58,325 nucleotides of DNA from Vicinamibacteria bacterium (GTDB lineage Bacteria > Acidobacteriota > Vicinamibacteria > Vicinamibacterales > UBA8438), in contig CAUZAY010000001.1 of assembly GCA_963577695.1 (NCBI GenBank), positions 1-58,325 on the forward strand, read 5' to 3'. This document shows positions 1-7,916 of the stretch, one piece after another. The number at the start of each line of letters is the position of its first letter. Within the stretch, counting starts at the first letter, position 1. The notes under the pieces were generated by a model. It was given only the letters and a program-made list of their open reading frames with translations. It was not told the DNA's origin and made no database searches. A program made the translations under genes and the position numbers.

Positions 1-575
1 TCCACCGGCTGGGGTTCATCGCTCTCTTCGGACCGTCGGAACGCCTGAAAATCTGCGAATGGATAGTAGCCCCGATGCATCGCGGTCACGAGCCGCCATT
101 CCTCGGCGGTCCGGCGCTGGCTCACGATCCGCCCCATCGAGTGGCAGGTGGTGCAGGTCTGCTTGACGTCGGCGTCCTCGTACGCCTGGTCATCCGACCG
201 GCGCTCGGCCTCGAACGCGGCTGGACCGGCTTCTTCGGGAGCCAAGCCAAGGTTGTTGGCCAGGTACCGGACGACCTCACGCGCCGTCTCCGGGGCGATC
301 GTCAGATCATTCAGCATCACCATCCTGCGGATGGTCTGCTGCCAGCCCTCCGGCGTGGTACGCCGAAACGAGATGCGAGACAGCTGGCCGTCATCGTCCG
401 GCCGATGACACGAACCACACGCCTGTCGCACCGTGGCGTCCGCGATCGGAATGCCCGGCTCCGCCGCGGCATCTGTCGCCTGAGCCGCCACGGTCGACGG
501 GGCAACGGCCGCGAGCGCCAGACAGACAGCTGTCGCTAATCGGTGCGTGGGCGGAATGATGTGTGGCAGGCGCAT
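1..575 (-). CDS. qhpA: Quinohemoprotein amine dehydrogenase alpha-subunit-like protein, N-terminal dihaem cytochrome c domain (5' part only; the gene runs off the left edge)
   Basis: Not in the ORF track because no stop lies in the window. My translation from the ATG at complement(573..575) gives MRLPHIIPPTHRLATAVCLALAAVAPSTVAAQ (signal peptide) ...VRQACGSCHRPDDDGQLSRISFRRTTPEGWQQTIRRM...KQTCTTCHSMGRIVSQRRTAEEWRLVTAMHRGYYP, open to position 1. It has two CxxCH haem c motifs with flanks (TPEGW, CH..R....RRT.E.W) that I associate with the QhpA haem-binding domain. The neighbours are qhpG/F/E-like. Confidence 0.6.
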   Translation of the reverse strand, partial: MRLPHIIPPTHRLATAVCLALAAVAPSTVAAQATDAAAEPGIPIADATVRQACGSCHRPDDDGQLSRISFRRTTPEGWQQTIRRMVMLNDLTIAPETAREVVRYLANNLGLAPEEAGPAAFEAERRSDDQAYEDADVKQTCTTCHSMGRIVSQRRTAEEWRLVTAMHRGYYPFADFQAFRRSEESDEPQPV

Positions 576-737
576 ACTCGGCGGCTCAGTCCGACCCTTT
601 TTAGCATACGTCCCGCACGAGCGGCGCGAAATTCGCACACTACGATTCGTGGTCGCATTGACTCAGTCCGACCCGGGCGCGCGATAATGCGCGCCCCGCG
701 GTCGCGGAGTGGGGCATTCGGGGTCCCCGCGGAGCGG

Positions 738-762
738 CCGCGTGGGGTTCGGGGCGCAGCCC
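738..762 (+). repeat. GC-rich dispersed intergenic repeat, copy 1 (CCGCGTGGGGTTCGGGGCGCAGCCC)
   Basis: 25/25 nt identical to the reverse complement of 23675..23699. The flanks are also similar (CCCCGCGGAG..CGGCCG vs CCCCGCAGGA..CGGCCG). A degenerate core occurs at 21180..21197. It can fold locally (CCCCGCGG / CCGCG-T-GGGG). Confidence 0.6.
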
Positions 763-926
763 GTCTAGGGTTTCCGAGCGAGGCGTCCGCCTAGCGGCGT
801 TGCTGCGTCGGTCACAGCCCACCTGGCTGCTCCCTCCTTGCGCCTGGCCAGACGAACGCCTCGCCCGGAAACCACCCGCCAGTATCTTGCAGAAACCTGC
901 CAGATATCGAGCGGTGACGAGAGCGG

Positions 927-2456
927 TCAGGAGATATCCACGAGTGCCCCCTTGGCCAGGAGCACCGACAACGCCCCCAGAAAGTCGGGCAGGCTGACCG
1001 GGGGGCACCGCCGGATATACGCCTCGAAGAGGTCCGGCACCTGCTCATGCTCGGGGGCCAATTCCACCAGCCGCACCAGGTCGATATCCCGCAGGAATCG
1101 GACGCCATGCCCGTCGGCTGGCCAGGTCGGGAGGACGAGCCGCTCTTCGAGCACCACCTCCCGGGTGGTGAGCGCGGGTCTGGCTTCGATCCGAAGCCTG
1201 TCGCCGCGTCGTAATCTGATCTGGCGTGCCCCACGCAGCGCCTCGAAAGCGGCGAGCACGGCTGCATCCTCGCGTAGCCGGGCGATGTCGACATCCGCCG
1301 CCGGCTCTGGCCCCGCCGCTGGGTCCCCGGCGCTCGCGCGTCCTGTCCAGAACGGGTGCAGGTGACGCGCTGCCGCTTCGGCGAAGAAGGTCGTTGACTG
1401 CCGGACGGAGGCGTCGTGAATCTCCCGCTCCCGCGCCGTGAACAGCTCGAGCGCCACACCGGCGAGCGAGACGTTGGTCAACGAGGTGTGGACGACGACC
1501 GCCGCCAACCACGCCGACGCGAGCGCCTTCTTGACGCCGTAAGACGACAGGGGGTCGATGAACGAGGCCGCGTCCCCCACTAGCAGGACGCCCGGGCCAC
1601 CGCAAACGTCTGCGTGGTACAGGGATGCGTCGCAGCCCCACGGGACCGTGTCCCGGGTCGCGCCCTCGAGCAGACCACGTAGCGCCGCCGTCTTACCGAT
1701 CTCGCGTTCGTATCGGGAAATCACGCCGCGGTCGGCCCCCAGGTCGGTCGTGCGAGGGTCGACCATGACGGTGACGTAGCGTCGCTGTGGGGTGACCGGC
1801 ACCGACCACGCCCAGCCATCCGCATAGGTCTCGACCAGGGTGTGACTGGCATCGGCGAGGCCCCAGCCATCGGGCCGCGTCCAGGTCGCCGCCAAGGCGA
1901 GCGTCGTCTGGGTGGGGTCCGCGACCCGGTAGCCACGTCGAGCCACCACACCGGCGCGACCGGAACAATCGAGCACGAAGGAGGCCTGCACTGCGTGGCG
2001 AGGCTGGTCTTCGGTGTCGTACTCGACGGTGGACACCGCGGGACCGGCGCGGCCGCTCGCTGACGCGAGCCGTACGTCGCGCACGAGCGCGCTCCTCACC
2101 ACCTGGGCCCCGGCCGAGGCCGCAAGCCGCAGCAACAGTACGTCGAAATCGTGCCGCACCACCTGCCAGCCGGTGGCCCCGTCGACGAACGCAGCCGTCC
2201 GCGTGGTGCCCTCGCCCCACCACACCGTGTTGCCGGTGCTGGCCAGGAACCCGCCGTTGTTGATGGCGTCGGTGGCGCCGAGCAGGTCGAACAGCTTCTC
2301 GCAACTTGGTGGCAGCGATTCGCCTAGCGACCGCGTGTGGTCGACCGTTCGTGTCAACAACCGGACGGAGTGCCCCCACGAGGCCAGCAACCGGGCCGCG
2401 GCGGCCCCGGCCGGTCCACCCCCGATGATGACCGCGTCGAACGGTTCGATAACCAC
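927..2456 (-). CDS. qhpG: FAD-dependent monooxygenase, QhpG-like (candidate Trp hydroxylase for cysteine tryptophylquinone biogenesis)
   Basis: 509-aa ORF with N-terminal dinucleotide fold VIIGGGPAGAAAA, a GD motif (LVGDAASFIDPLSSYGVKKA) and GWAWSVP. It lies between qhpA-like and qhpF/E-like genes. The ~140-aa C-terminal extension has no domain I recognise. GTG start. Confidence 0.6.
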   Translation of the reverse strand: MVIEPFDAVIIGGGPAGAAAARLLASWGHSVRLLTRTVDHTRSLGESLPPSCEKLFDLLGATDAINNGGFLASTGNTVWWGEGTTRTAAFVDGATGWQVVRHDFDVLLLRLAASAGAQVVRSALVRDVRLASASGRAGPAVSTVEYDTEDQPRHAVQASFVLDCSGRAGVVARRGYRVADPTQTTLALAATWTRPDGWGLADASHTLVETYADGWAWSVPVTPQRRYVTVMVDPRTTDLGADRGVISRYEREIGKTAALRGLLEGATRDTVPWGCDASLYHADVCGGPGVLLVGDAASFIDPLSSYGVKKALASAWLAAVVVHTSLTNVSLAGVALELFTAREREIHDASVRQSTTFFAEAAARHLHPFWTGRASAGDPAAGPEPAADVDIARLREDAAVLAAFEALRGARQIRLRRGDRLRIEARPALTTREVVLEERLVLPTWPADGHGVRFLRDIDLVRLVELAPEHEQVPDLFEAYIRRCPPVSLPDFLGALSVLLAKGALVDIS

Positions 2457-2562
2457 CCGCGCATTGTGTCCCGTGTCGCGACGGCGGAGCCAGCGGCACG
2501 GCTTTCCACATACAATCCCATCCGACCTGCAGGCACACTCCTGACGAGATCGGATCTGCCGT

Positions 2563-4416
2563 GTGATCGATCCGCACTTCCGCCGCGCTTTGACCTACCT
2601 GACGCCGTACTGGGGACGACTGACCCTAGTGCTGGTGCTGAGCCTTGTCTCGACAGTGACGTCGTTGCTGATCCCCCTACTCTCTCAGTGGCTCATCGAT
2701 GACGCGATCCTTGGGGCTGACCCCGCCGCGCTGCGACTCGTCGTGCTGTCGTTTGTCGGCACCACCGTGCTCGGGTTTGGCCTCAACGTCTGGAGCGGGC
2801 TGCGATACACACGCGTCTCGGCCGACATCCTCTTCGACATGCGGCTGGCGCTTTACCGGCACCTGCAAGCGCTGTCGCCGCGCTTCTACGCCCGGACCCG
2901 CTTCGGCGACATCATGTCGCGGCTGAACACCGACATCGGCGAAATTCAGCGCGTGGCGGCCGAAGTGGTGCTGGCCTGGGTGGGCAACGTCCTGTTCCTG
3001 CTGGGCGCCGTCGGCATGCTCGCGTACCTGGACACGCAGCTCTTCCTGGTCGGCATCGCCCTGCTACCGGTCAGCGTATGGGCGTTAGTGCACTACCGTC
3101 GTCGGCTCGAAGGACGGGTCGAGACCCTGCGTGACCGTAGCGCCGACATCGGCAGCTTCCTCATCGAGACCCTGCAGGGCGTGAAACTGGTCGTGACGTC
3201 CAACGCCCAGCCGCGTGAAGTGGCGCGGTTCCGGGAACGGAACACCCGCTTCATCGACGCACTGATGGCGATGCAGTGGACCAGCTATCTGTCCGGCGGG
3301 TTGCCTGGAGCGGTGCTCTCTGGCGGCTCCGCGCTCGTGTTTCTGTACGGAGGGCTCCGCGTCATCGACGGCACGCTCACGCTGGGGACGCTCGTGGCGT
3401 TCATGGCCTACCAGATGCGGTTGTTCGGGCCGGTGCAAGCCCTGATGGGGCTCTATACAAGCCTGGCGACGGTGCGGGTCTCCCTGCGGCGGGTCCATGA
3501 AATTCTGGATGTCGCGCCGGAAGTGGTCGAAAGCCCTACGCCCGTCTCTCTCTCCGCCGTGCGAGGCGAGATCCAGTTGGACGATGTCACCTTTTCGTTC
3601 GATCGCGGCGCGCCGGTGCTGGAGCATGTCAGCGTACGGGTCGCGCCGGGCGAGTGCCTCGCGATCGTCGGACCGAGCGGCGGCGGCAAGAGTACCGTCG
3701 CGGACCTGTTGCTGCGTCTGGTCGACCCCGATGCGGGGTGCGTCCGGTTGGATGGACACGACCTTCGGACCTTGCGACTGGCGGAACTGCGGACCCATGT
3801 CGCGCTGGTAGACCAGGAGCCGTCGGTATTCCACGCCTCCGTCGCTGACAACATTCGCTATGGGCGGCCCGACGCCAGCGACTCGGCGCTGGAGGCGGCC
3901 GCGCACGCCGCCGGCCTCGACGCGTTCATCGCGACGTTGCCGGACGGCTTCGATACCACGCTGGGGGAGCGAGGCGCCGCCTTTTCGGCCGGAGAGCGGC
4001 AACGCGTGGCGGTGGCCAGAGCGTTGCTCGCGGACCCGACCGTGCTCGTGCTCGACGAAGCGACCGCGGCGCTCGACCCCCGGTCAGAGCGGAAGGTCAT
4101 CGACGGCTACGAGACCGTCATGCGGGGGCGCACGACCATCCTCATCACCCACCGGGCCTCGGTGGCCAGCCGGGCCGACCGGGTCGTGGTGCTGGACGAC
4201 GCGCGGATTGTCGAGGAGGGAACGCCGGCCGACCTGTTGGCGCGGTCGGGCCGGTTCGCTGAACTGTTCGCGGTGGATGGGGACGAGGCCAACGGTCCGC
4301 CTCGGTCATCGACGGCAGCCGAGCCTCCGGTGGCCGCGGGCCCAGTCTCGGGGGAACCGGGCAGCGCCCCGCCGACGGCAGAGACCACAACATCGTCCGA
4401 AACGGCCGGCGGGTGA
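2563..4416 (+). CDS. qhpF: ABC exporter, fused permease/ATPase (QhpF-like)
   Basis: 617 aa. N-terminal multi-TM region, Walker A GPSGGGKST, signature FSAGERQRV and Walker B VLVLDEAT. Pro/Ser/Thr-rich C-terminal tail. Its stop overlaps the start of the next gene (GTGATG at 4413..4418). Confidence 0.8.
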   Translation: MIDPHFRRALTYLTPYWGRLTLVLVLSLVSTVTSLLIPLLSQWLIDDAILGADPAALRLVVLSFVGTTVLGFGLNVWSGLRYTRVSADILFDMRLALYRHLQALSPRFYARTRFGDIMSRLNTDIGEIQRVAAEVVLAWVGNVLFLLGAVGMLAYLDTQLFLVGIALLPVSVWALVHYRRRLEGRVETLRDRSADIGSFLIETLQGVKLVVTSNAQPREVARFRERNTRFIDALMAMQWTSYLSGGLPGAVLSGGSALVFLYGGLRVIDGTLTLGTLVAFMAYQMRLFGPVQALMGLYTSLATVRVSLRRVHEILDVAPEVVESPTPVSLSAVRGEIQLDDVTFSFDRGAPVLEHVSVRVAPGECLAIVGPSGGGKSTVADLLLRLVDPDAGCVRLDGHDLRTLRLAELRTHVALVDQEPSVFHASVADNIRYGRPDASDSALEAAAHAAGLDAFIATLPDGFDTTLGERGAAFSAGERQRVAVARALLADPTVLVLDEATAALDPRSERKVIDGYETVMRGRTTILITHRASVASRADRVVVLDDARIVEEGTPADLLARSGRFAELFAVDGDEANGPPRSSTAAEPPVAAGPVSGEPGSAPPTAETTTSSETAGG

Positions 4417-5123
4417 TGAGCGACCGACCGGTTCGGGTGGCCGTGATCGACAGCGGCGTCAATGCCTCCCACCCTCACATCGGCACCGTGGCGGGCGGCG
4501 TCGCCATCGCGGCCGACGGCTCGACCCATCCTGACTATCTCGACCGACTCGGGCACGGGACGGCCGTGGCGGCCGCCATCAAAGAACGCGCGCCCGGCGC
4601 CGACCTGCTCACCGTGAAGGTGTTTCACCGCGACCTCACGGCCCCGATCGAGGCGCTCGTCGCCGCCATAGACTGGTCCGCGGGGCAGCAGGCGGATCTG
4701 ATCAACCTCAGCCTGGGTACGGCGAATCCGGACCACGCCGCGGTGTTGGCGGACGCGGTAGCACGGGCCATCGACGCCGGTGCGTTGCTGGTCGCGGCCG
4801 GCACGAGTGACGGTGTGGACTACCTGCCCGGCAGTCTGCCGGGGGTCGTCAGGGTCGAGCTCGACTGGGCGTGTCCGCGGCTTGGGGTGACTGTGACGGG
4901 GAAGAGTGCCGCCGCGGTGTGCCGCGCGTCGGGCTACGCGAGACCGATGCCGGGAGTGCCGCTCGAGCGCAACCTGAAAGGCATCAGTTTCGCCGTCGCG
5001 AACACCACGGGTGTCCTTGCCCGCGAACTGCGAGCCGGCGGCCGCGCGTCAGTCACGATCGCTTTCGAGGCCCTACGACGCGGCGGCGCCGGGAACGGCC
5101 AAAGAGACAACCTTTCTTCCTGA
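4413..5123 (+). CDS. qhpE: Small subtilisin-like (S8) serine peptidase, QhpE-like
   Basis: 236 aa with Asp (VAVIDSGV), His (LGHGTAVAA) and Ser ([12 protein letters not shown]) triad blocks in S8 order. The size and the position after the ABC exporter match the qhpF-qhpE pair of QHNDH operons. The start could be GTG 4413 or ATG 4416. Confidence 0.65.
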   Translation: MMSDRPVRVAVIDSGVNASHPHIGTVAGGVAIAADGSTHPDYLDRLGHGTAVAAAIKERAPGADLLTVKVFHRDLTAPIEALVAAIDWSAGQQADLINLSLGTANPDHAAVLADAVARAIDAGALLVAAGTSDGVDYLPGSLPGVVRVELDWACPRLGVTVTGKSAAAVCRASGYARPMPGVPLERNLKGISFAVANTTGVLARELRAGGRASVTIAFEALRRGGAGNGQRDNLSS

Positions 5124-5326
5124 GACCTCAATGGACCGATCGGCCGGTGTTCAGCTTGGCGCGGCTGATCGGTCAGATCCGGTGCCAACGGGCGCGGACC
5201 GCCCGACGTGCACCGCGACTCGCTCCGGCGTTCCCGCGGGAACGTCCGCGGCCGACAGGCTCGCGCGTCCCAGGCTCGGCCGAGGAGAACGACCCGTGTG
5301 CGGGCGGTGAGGCCGCCCTGAGCGAC

Positions 5327-5884
5327 GTGGACGAGAAGAGTCAGATTCAGGCGCTGGACCGGACCCAACCCGGGCTCCCGATGAAGAAGGGCCGCTGTGG
5401 GACGCTCACACATGACTACAAGCGCCACGGCACGACGACCTTGTTCGCTGCGCTGAACATGCTGACCGGTCAGGTCATCGGCGAATGCCACGGGCGGCAT
5501 CGGCATCAAGAGTTTCTGAAGTTTCTTCGCCAGCTCCACCGCGCCTTCCCCCGTCGCTTGGACCTCCACCTCATTCTGGACAACTACGGCACCCATAAAC
5601 ATCCGACCGTGCGGGCCTGGCTGGCGGCCCATCCGCGTTTCAATCTTCACTTCACCCCGACCGGCGCATCCTGGCTCAATCTCGTCGAGAGCTGGTTCAG
5701 TCAGCTCACGCAGAAACGTCTCCGCCGCGGGGTGTTTCGCAGTGTCGGCGAACTCGTCGCCGCCATCGAGGACTACCTCCAGCACTACAACGACAACCCC
5801 AAGCCCTTCGTCTGGACTGCGACGGTCGATGCGATTCTAAAGAAGGTCGGGAAGTGTAAAGTTATTCTTGGGACACATCACTAG
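5327..5884 (+). mobile_element. IS630-family transposase, DDE catalytic-domain fragment (N-terminal DNA-binding part missing or degenerate)
   Basis: [44 protein letters not shown]...[12 protein letters not shown]...[16 protein letters not shown] is a textbook IS630/Tc1-like DD(35)E core. Upstream sequence 5124..5326 gives no HTH-like translation in any frame. The track ORF (4871..) only exists by overlapping qhpE. No terminal inverted repeats found. Confidence 0.7.
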
Positions 5885-5919
5885 GAGTCGGCAGGAGAGC
5901 CGACCCGTCGGGCCGACTC
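5885..5919. terminator. Hairpin between convergent genes (possible bidirectional terminator)
   Basis: GAGTCGGC (5885..5892) pairs with GCCGACTC (5912..5919), with an inner GCCGAC/GTCGG. It sits between the transposase stop (5884) and the stop of the minus-strand gene (5939). No U-tract. Confidence 0.3.
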
Positions 5920-5938
5920 TCACCAGGCGCAACCAGCG

Positions 5939-6409
5939 TTAATGGCCCTGTCGGGTCAGCGGAATGTCGAACTCACCGCCAGGCGTCTTGACGGAAATGG
6001 TGAAGGTATCGCCGGCCAGACTGTAACTGAGCTCTTCCAGACCGGCGACCTCGCCGTTGTTCTTGAAACTCACGGAGTTGTCGCCAATCGCGGTCAGATT
6101 CATCACCTGAAATCCGTCGTACCGCGGCTCCATCCCCGGGTTCCATTGTTTGAGGCGCAGCACCAGGGAATCTCCCACTTCCTCGACGACAATGAACTCC
6201 ATCATATTCATGGCGCCGTCACCATCCATCCCTCTCACCAGCGAGGCGATAGAACCGCCTCTGGGCGGGGCCCAATTCTCTTCGAGACCGTCGCTACTGT
6301 AGCGCCCGGTCATCCAGGCGAGATCGGTGACCTTGGCCGACGGCCCCTGCGCGAGCGCGGGGACGGACACCAGGAGAGCAAGAATAGACAGGATAAGCAG
6401 ACGCCGCAT
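5939..6409 (-). CDS. Small secreted protein, DUF6265-like
   Basis: The internal ATG at 6409 gives MRRLLILSILALLVSVPALAQG (signal peptide) followed by DLAWMTGRYSS...EENWAPPRGGS...MEFIVVEE. The longer track ORF (to 6565) would add an Arg-rich non-signal N-terminus and overlap DUF1552. Last gene of ankyrin/DUF1592/DUF1552 module 1. The family name is from memory. Confidence 0.55.
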   Translation of the reverse strand: MRRLLILSILALLVSVPALAQGPSAKVTDLAWMTGRYSSDGLEENWAPPRGGSIASLVRGMDGDGAMNMMEFIVVEEVGDSLVLRLKQWNPGMEPRYDGFQVMNLTAIGDNSVSFKNNGEVAGLEELSYSLAGDTFTISVKTPGGEFDIPLTRQGH

Positions 6410-6557
6410 GGCACTTCCCTTCAGAGTGTAGGAACGAACACGAGGCCTTGGGGGGTCCCAGGAGCCCCGAACGAGCGCTTCGTGACGAGGATGCCCGTAT
6501 CGGGCGGCGGACGTCAAGGCGAAGCCAAGCCGTGGGCGTGTCCGACGGCCCTGGCTG

Positions 6558-7889
6558 CTAGACACCCGACAAGAGGGGCAACTCCCCGGTGCTGTCGCCG
6601 AACGTCTCCACGTTGACGCCGAACTTGTCGAGGAGGCTCAACGACAGATTGGCCAGTGGGGTACCTTTCGGGTACACGAGGTGGCGATTCCCCGCCAGCC
6701 CATTCTCCGGTCCACCGATGACGACGACCGGCACACTGTAGTTGTTGTGGGTGTTGCCGTCGCTCATGCCCTTGCCGTAGAGGACGACCGTGCTGTCCAG
6801 CAGCGTCCCATCGGCCTCTGGAATCGACTGCAGTTTGTTCAAGTAGTACGCAAGGGTTTCGACGTGATACGTGTTCAGTTTGGAGAAGTCTTTCATCTTC
6901 TCCGGGTTGTTGCCGTGGTGCGACATGGAATGGTGCGCCTCCGGCAAACCAATCTCGTTGTAGGCACGATTGATGTTTTCGCGCGCCATCATGAAGGTCG
7001 TGACCCGGGTGACGTCCGCCTGGAACGTGAGGACCTGCAGGTCGAACATCAGCTCGGCGTACTCCCTGAACGTGTCCGGCACCCCGACCGGACGTTCCGG
7101 GAGATCGAAGTCGCGATTGGTCGACTCGGCCCGGGCGATGCGCTGTTCCACGTCGCGAATCGCGCCGAGATACTCGCCGAGCTTGGCCCGGTCCGGCCCG
7201 CCCAGCTTGTTCGACAGTGTCGCGATCTCCTGCGACAGGCCGTCAAGAATACTGCGGTCTTCCTGCACACGCACCGCGCGCTCTTCGGCGGTGTCCCCAC
7301 TGCCAAACAACCGCTCGAAGACGAAGCGCGGGTTCGTTTCCGCCGGCAGCGGCATCGTGGGGCTTTTCCACGCCATGGAGTTCATGTAGGCGCAGGCGTA
7401 GCCGTGGTCGCAGGCGCCGACGACGTCGTTGCGATCCACCGACACTTCCAACGACGACAGCTTCGAGTCACGGCAGATGCGCTCGGCGATCAGTTGATCG
7501 ATGGTGGTGCCGGCCTGCACATCCGCACCCTCGGTCTGCTTCGGATGCACCGAGCTCATGAACGCCGGAGCGGCGCGTGGGTGCTGGCCGCCGGAGTCGC
7601 CCTGGTCCGTCGCCGGGAAGTTGTCCAGGCCGGTGAAGACGAGCATCCGATCCCGGTAGGGCTCCAGCGGCGTCAGGGTCGGCGAGAGCTGGAACCGGAC
7701 CCCCTCGGTGGGCGGCGTCCAATCGAACATGTTGGCGCCATTCCCGACGTAGATCGCCGCGAACCGCGGCGTCCCCGGAGCCCGAGCCGACAGGGCCGGC
7801 ACCATCGCATCGAGGAACGGCAAGGCCAGCGTGGCGCCCATGCCGCGCAGGAACGTCCGTCGGGGTAACGCCATCTTGGTGATCACCAT
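6558..7889 (-). CDS. DUF1552 (HxxSHH) domain protein with Tat-like signal, paralogue 1
   Basis: MVITKMALPRRTFLRGMGATLALPFLDAM (twin-Arg signal) and EAHHSMSHHG (HxxSHH). About half of the residues are shared with 46528..47868. ATG 7889 is preferred over TTG 7895 by analogy with the paralogue (MIITK..). Confidence 0.85.
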   Translation of the reverse strand: MVITKMALPRRTFLRGMGATLALPFLDAMVPALSARAPGTPRFAAIYVGNGANMFDWTPPTEGVRFQLSPTLTPLEPYRDRMLVFTGLDNFPATDQGDSGGQHPRAAPAFMSSVHPKQTEGADVQAGTTIDQLIAERICRDSKLSSLEVSVDRNDVVGACDHGYACAYMNSMAWKSPTMPLPAETNPRFVFERLFGSGDTAEERAVRVQEDRSILDGLSQEIATLSNKLGGPDRAKLGEYLGAIRDVEQRIARAESTNRDFDLPERPVGVPDTFREYAELMFDLQVLTFQADVTRVTTFMMARENINRAYNEIGLPEAHHSMSHHGNNPEKMKDFSKLNTYHVETLAYYLNKLQSIPEADGTLLDSTVVLYGKGMSDGNTHNNYSVPVVVIGGPENGLAGNRHLVYPKGTPLANLSLSLLDKFGVNVETFGDSTGELPLLSGV

Positions 7890-7916
7890 GGACAACAGCC
7901 TCTCATGTTTCGCACG

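Noticed and set aside
75-539. 154-aa plus-strand ORF at the left edge
   Set aside because: It is antisense to the qhpA-like dihaem gene, whose translation has clear CxxCH motifs and a signal peptide. The plus-strand product is Arg/Gly/Pro-rich, as expected of a high-GC shadow ORF.
640-826. Minus-strand small ORF (VGCDRRSNAARR...SQCDHES) preceded by AAGGAGGGAG, considered as a QhpC gamma-subunit or RiPP precursor
   Set aside because: It has only two Cys and no Trp, so it is unlike QhpC. It also spans the GC-rich repeat that occurs in the opposite orientation at 23675, which argues that the region is non-coding. In canonical operons qhpC lies downstream of qhpA, off the left edge here.
6681-7868. 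395-aa plus-strand ORF. The same issue applies to 10457..11884, 20815..22110, 35014..35895, 37773..39032, 40333..41826, 47152..47937 and 53661..56186.
   Set aside because: All lie antisense to genes with unmistakable family signatures (DUF1552, ankyrin, TonB-dependent receptor, KatG, PSD1, DUF1501, IorB). Their translations are dominated by Arg/Gly/Pro/His, typical of GC-rich antisense frames.
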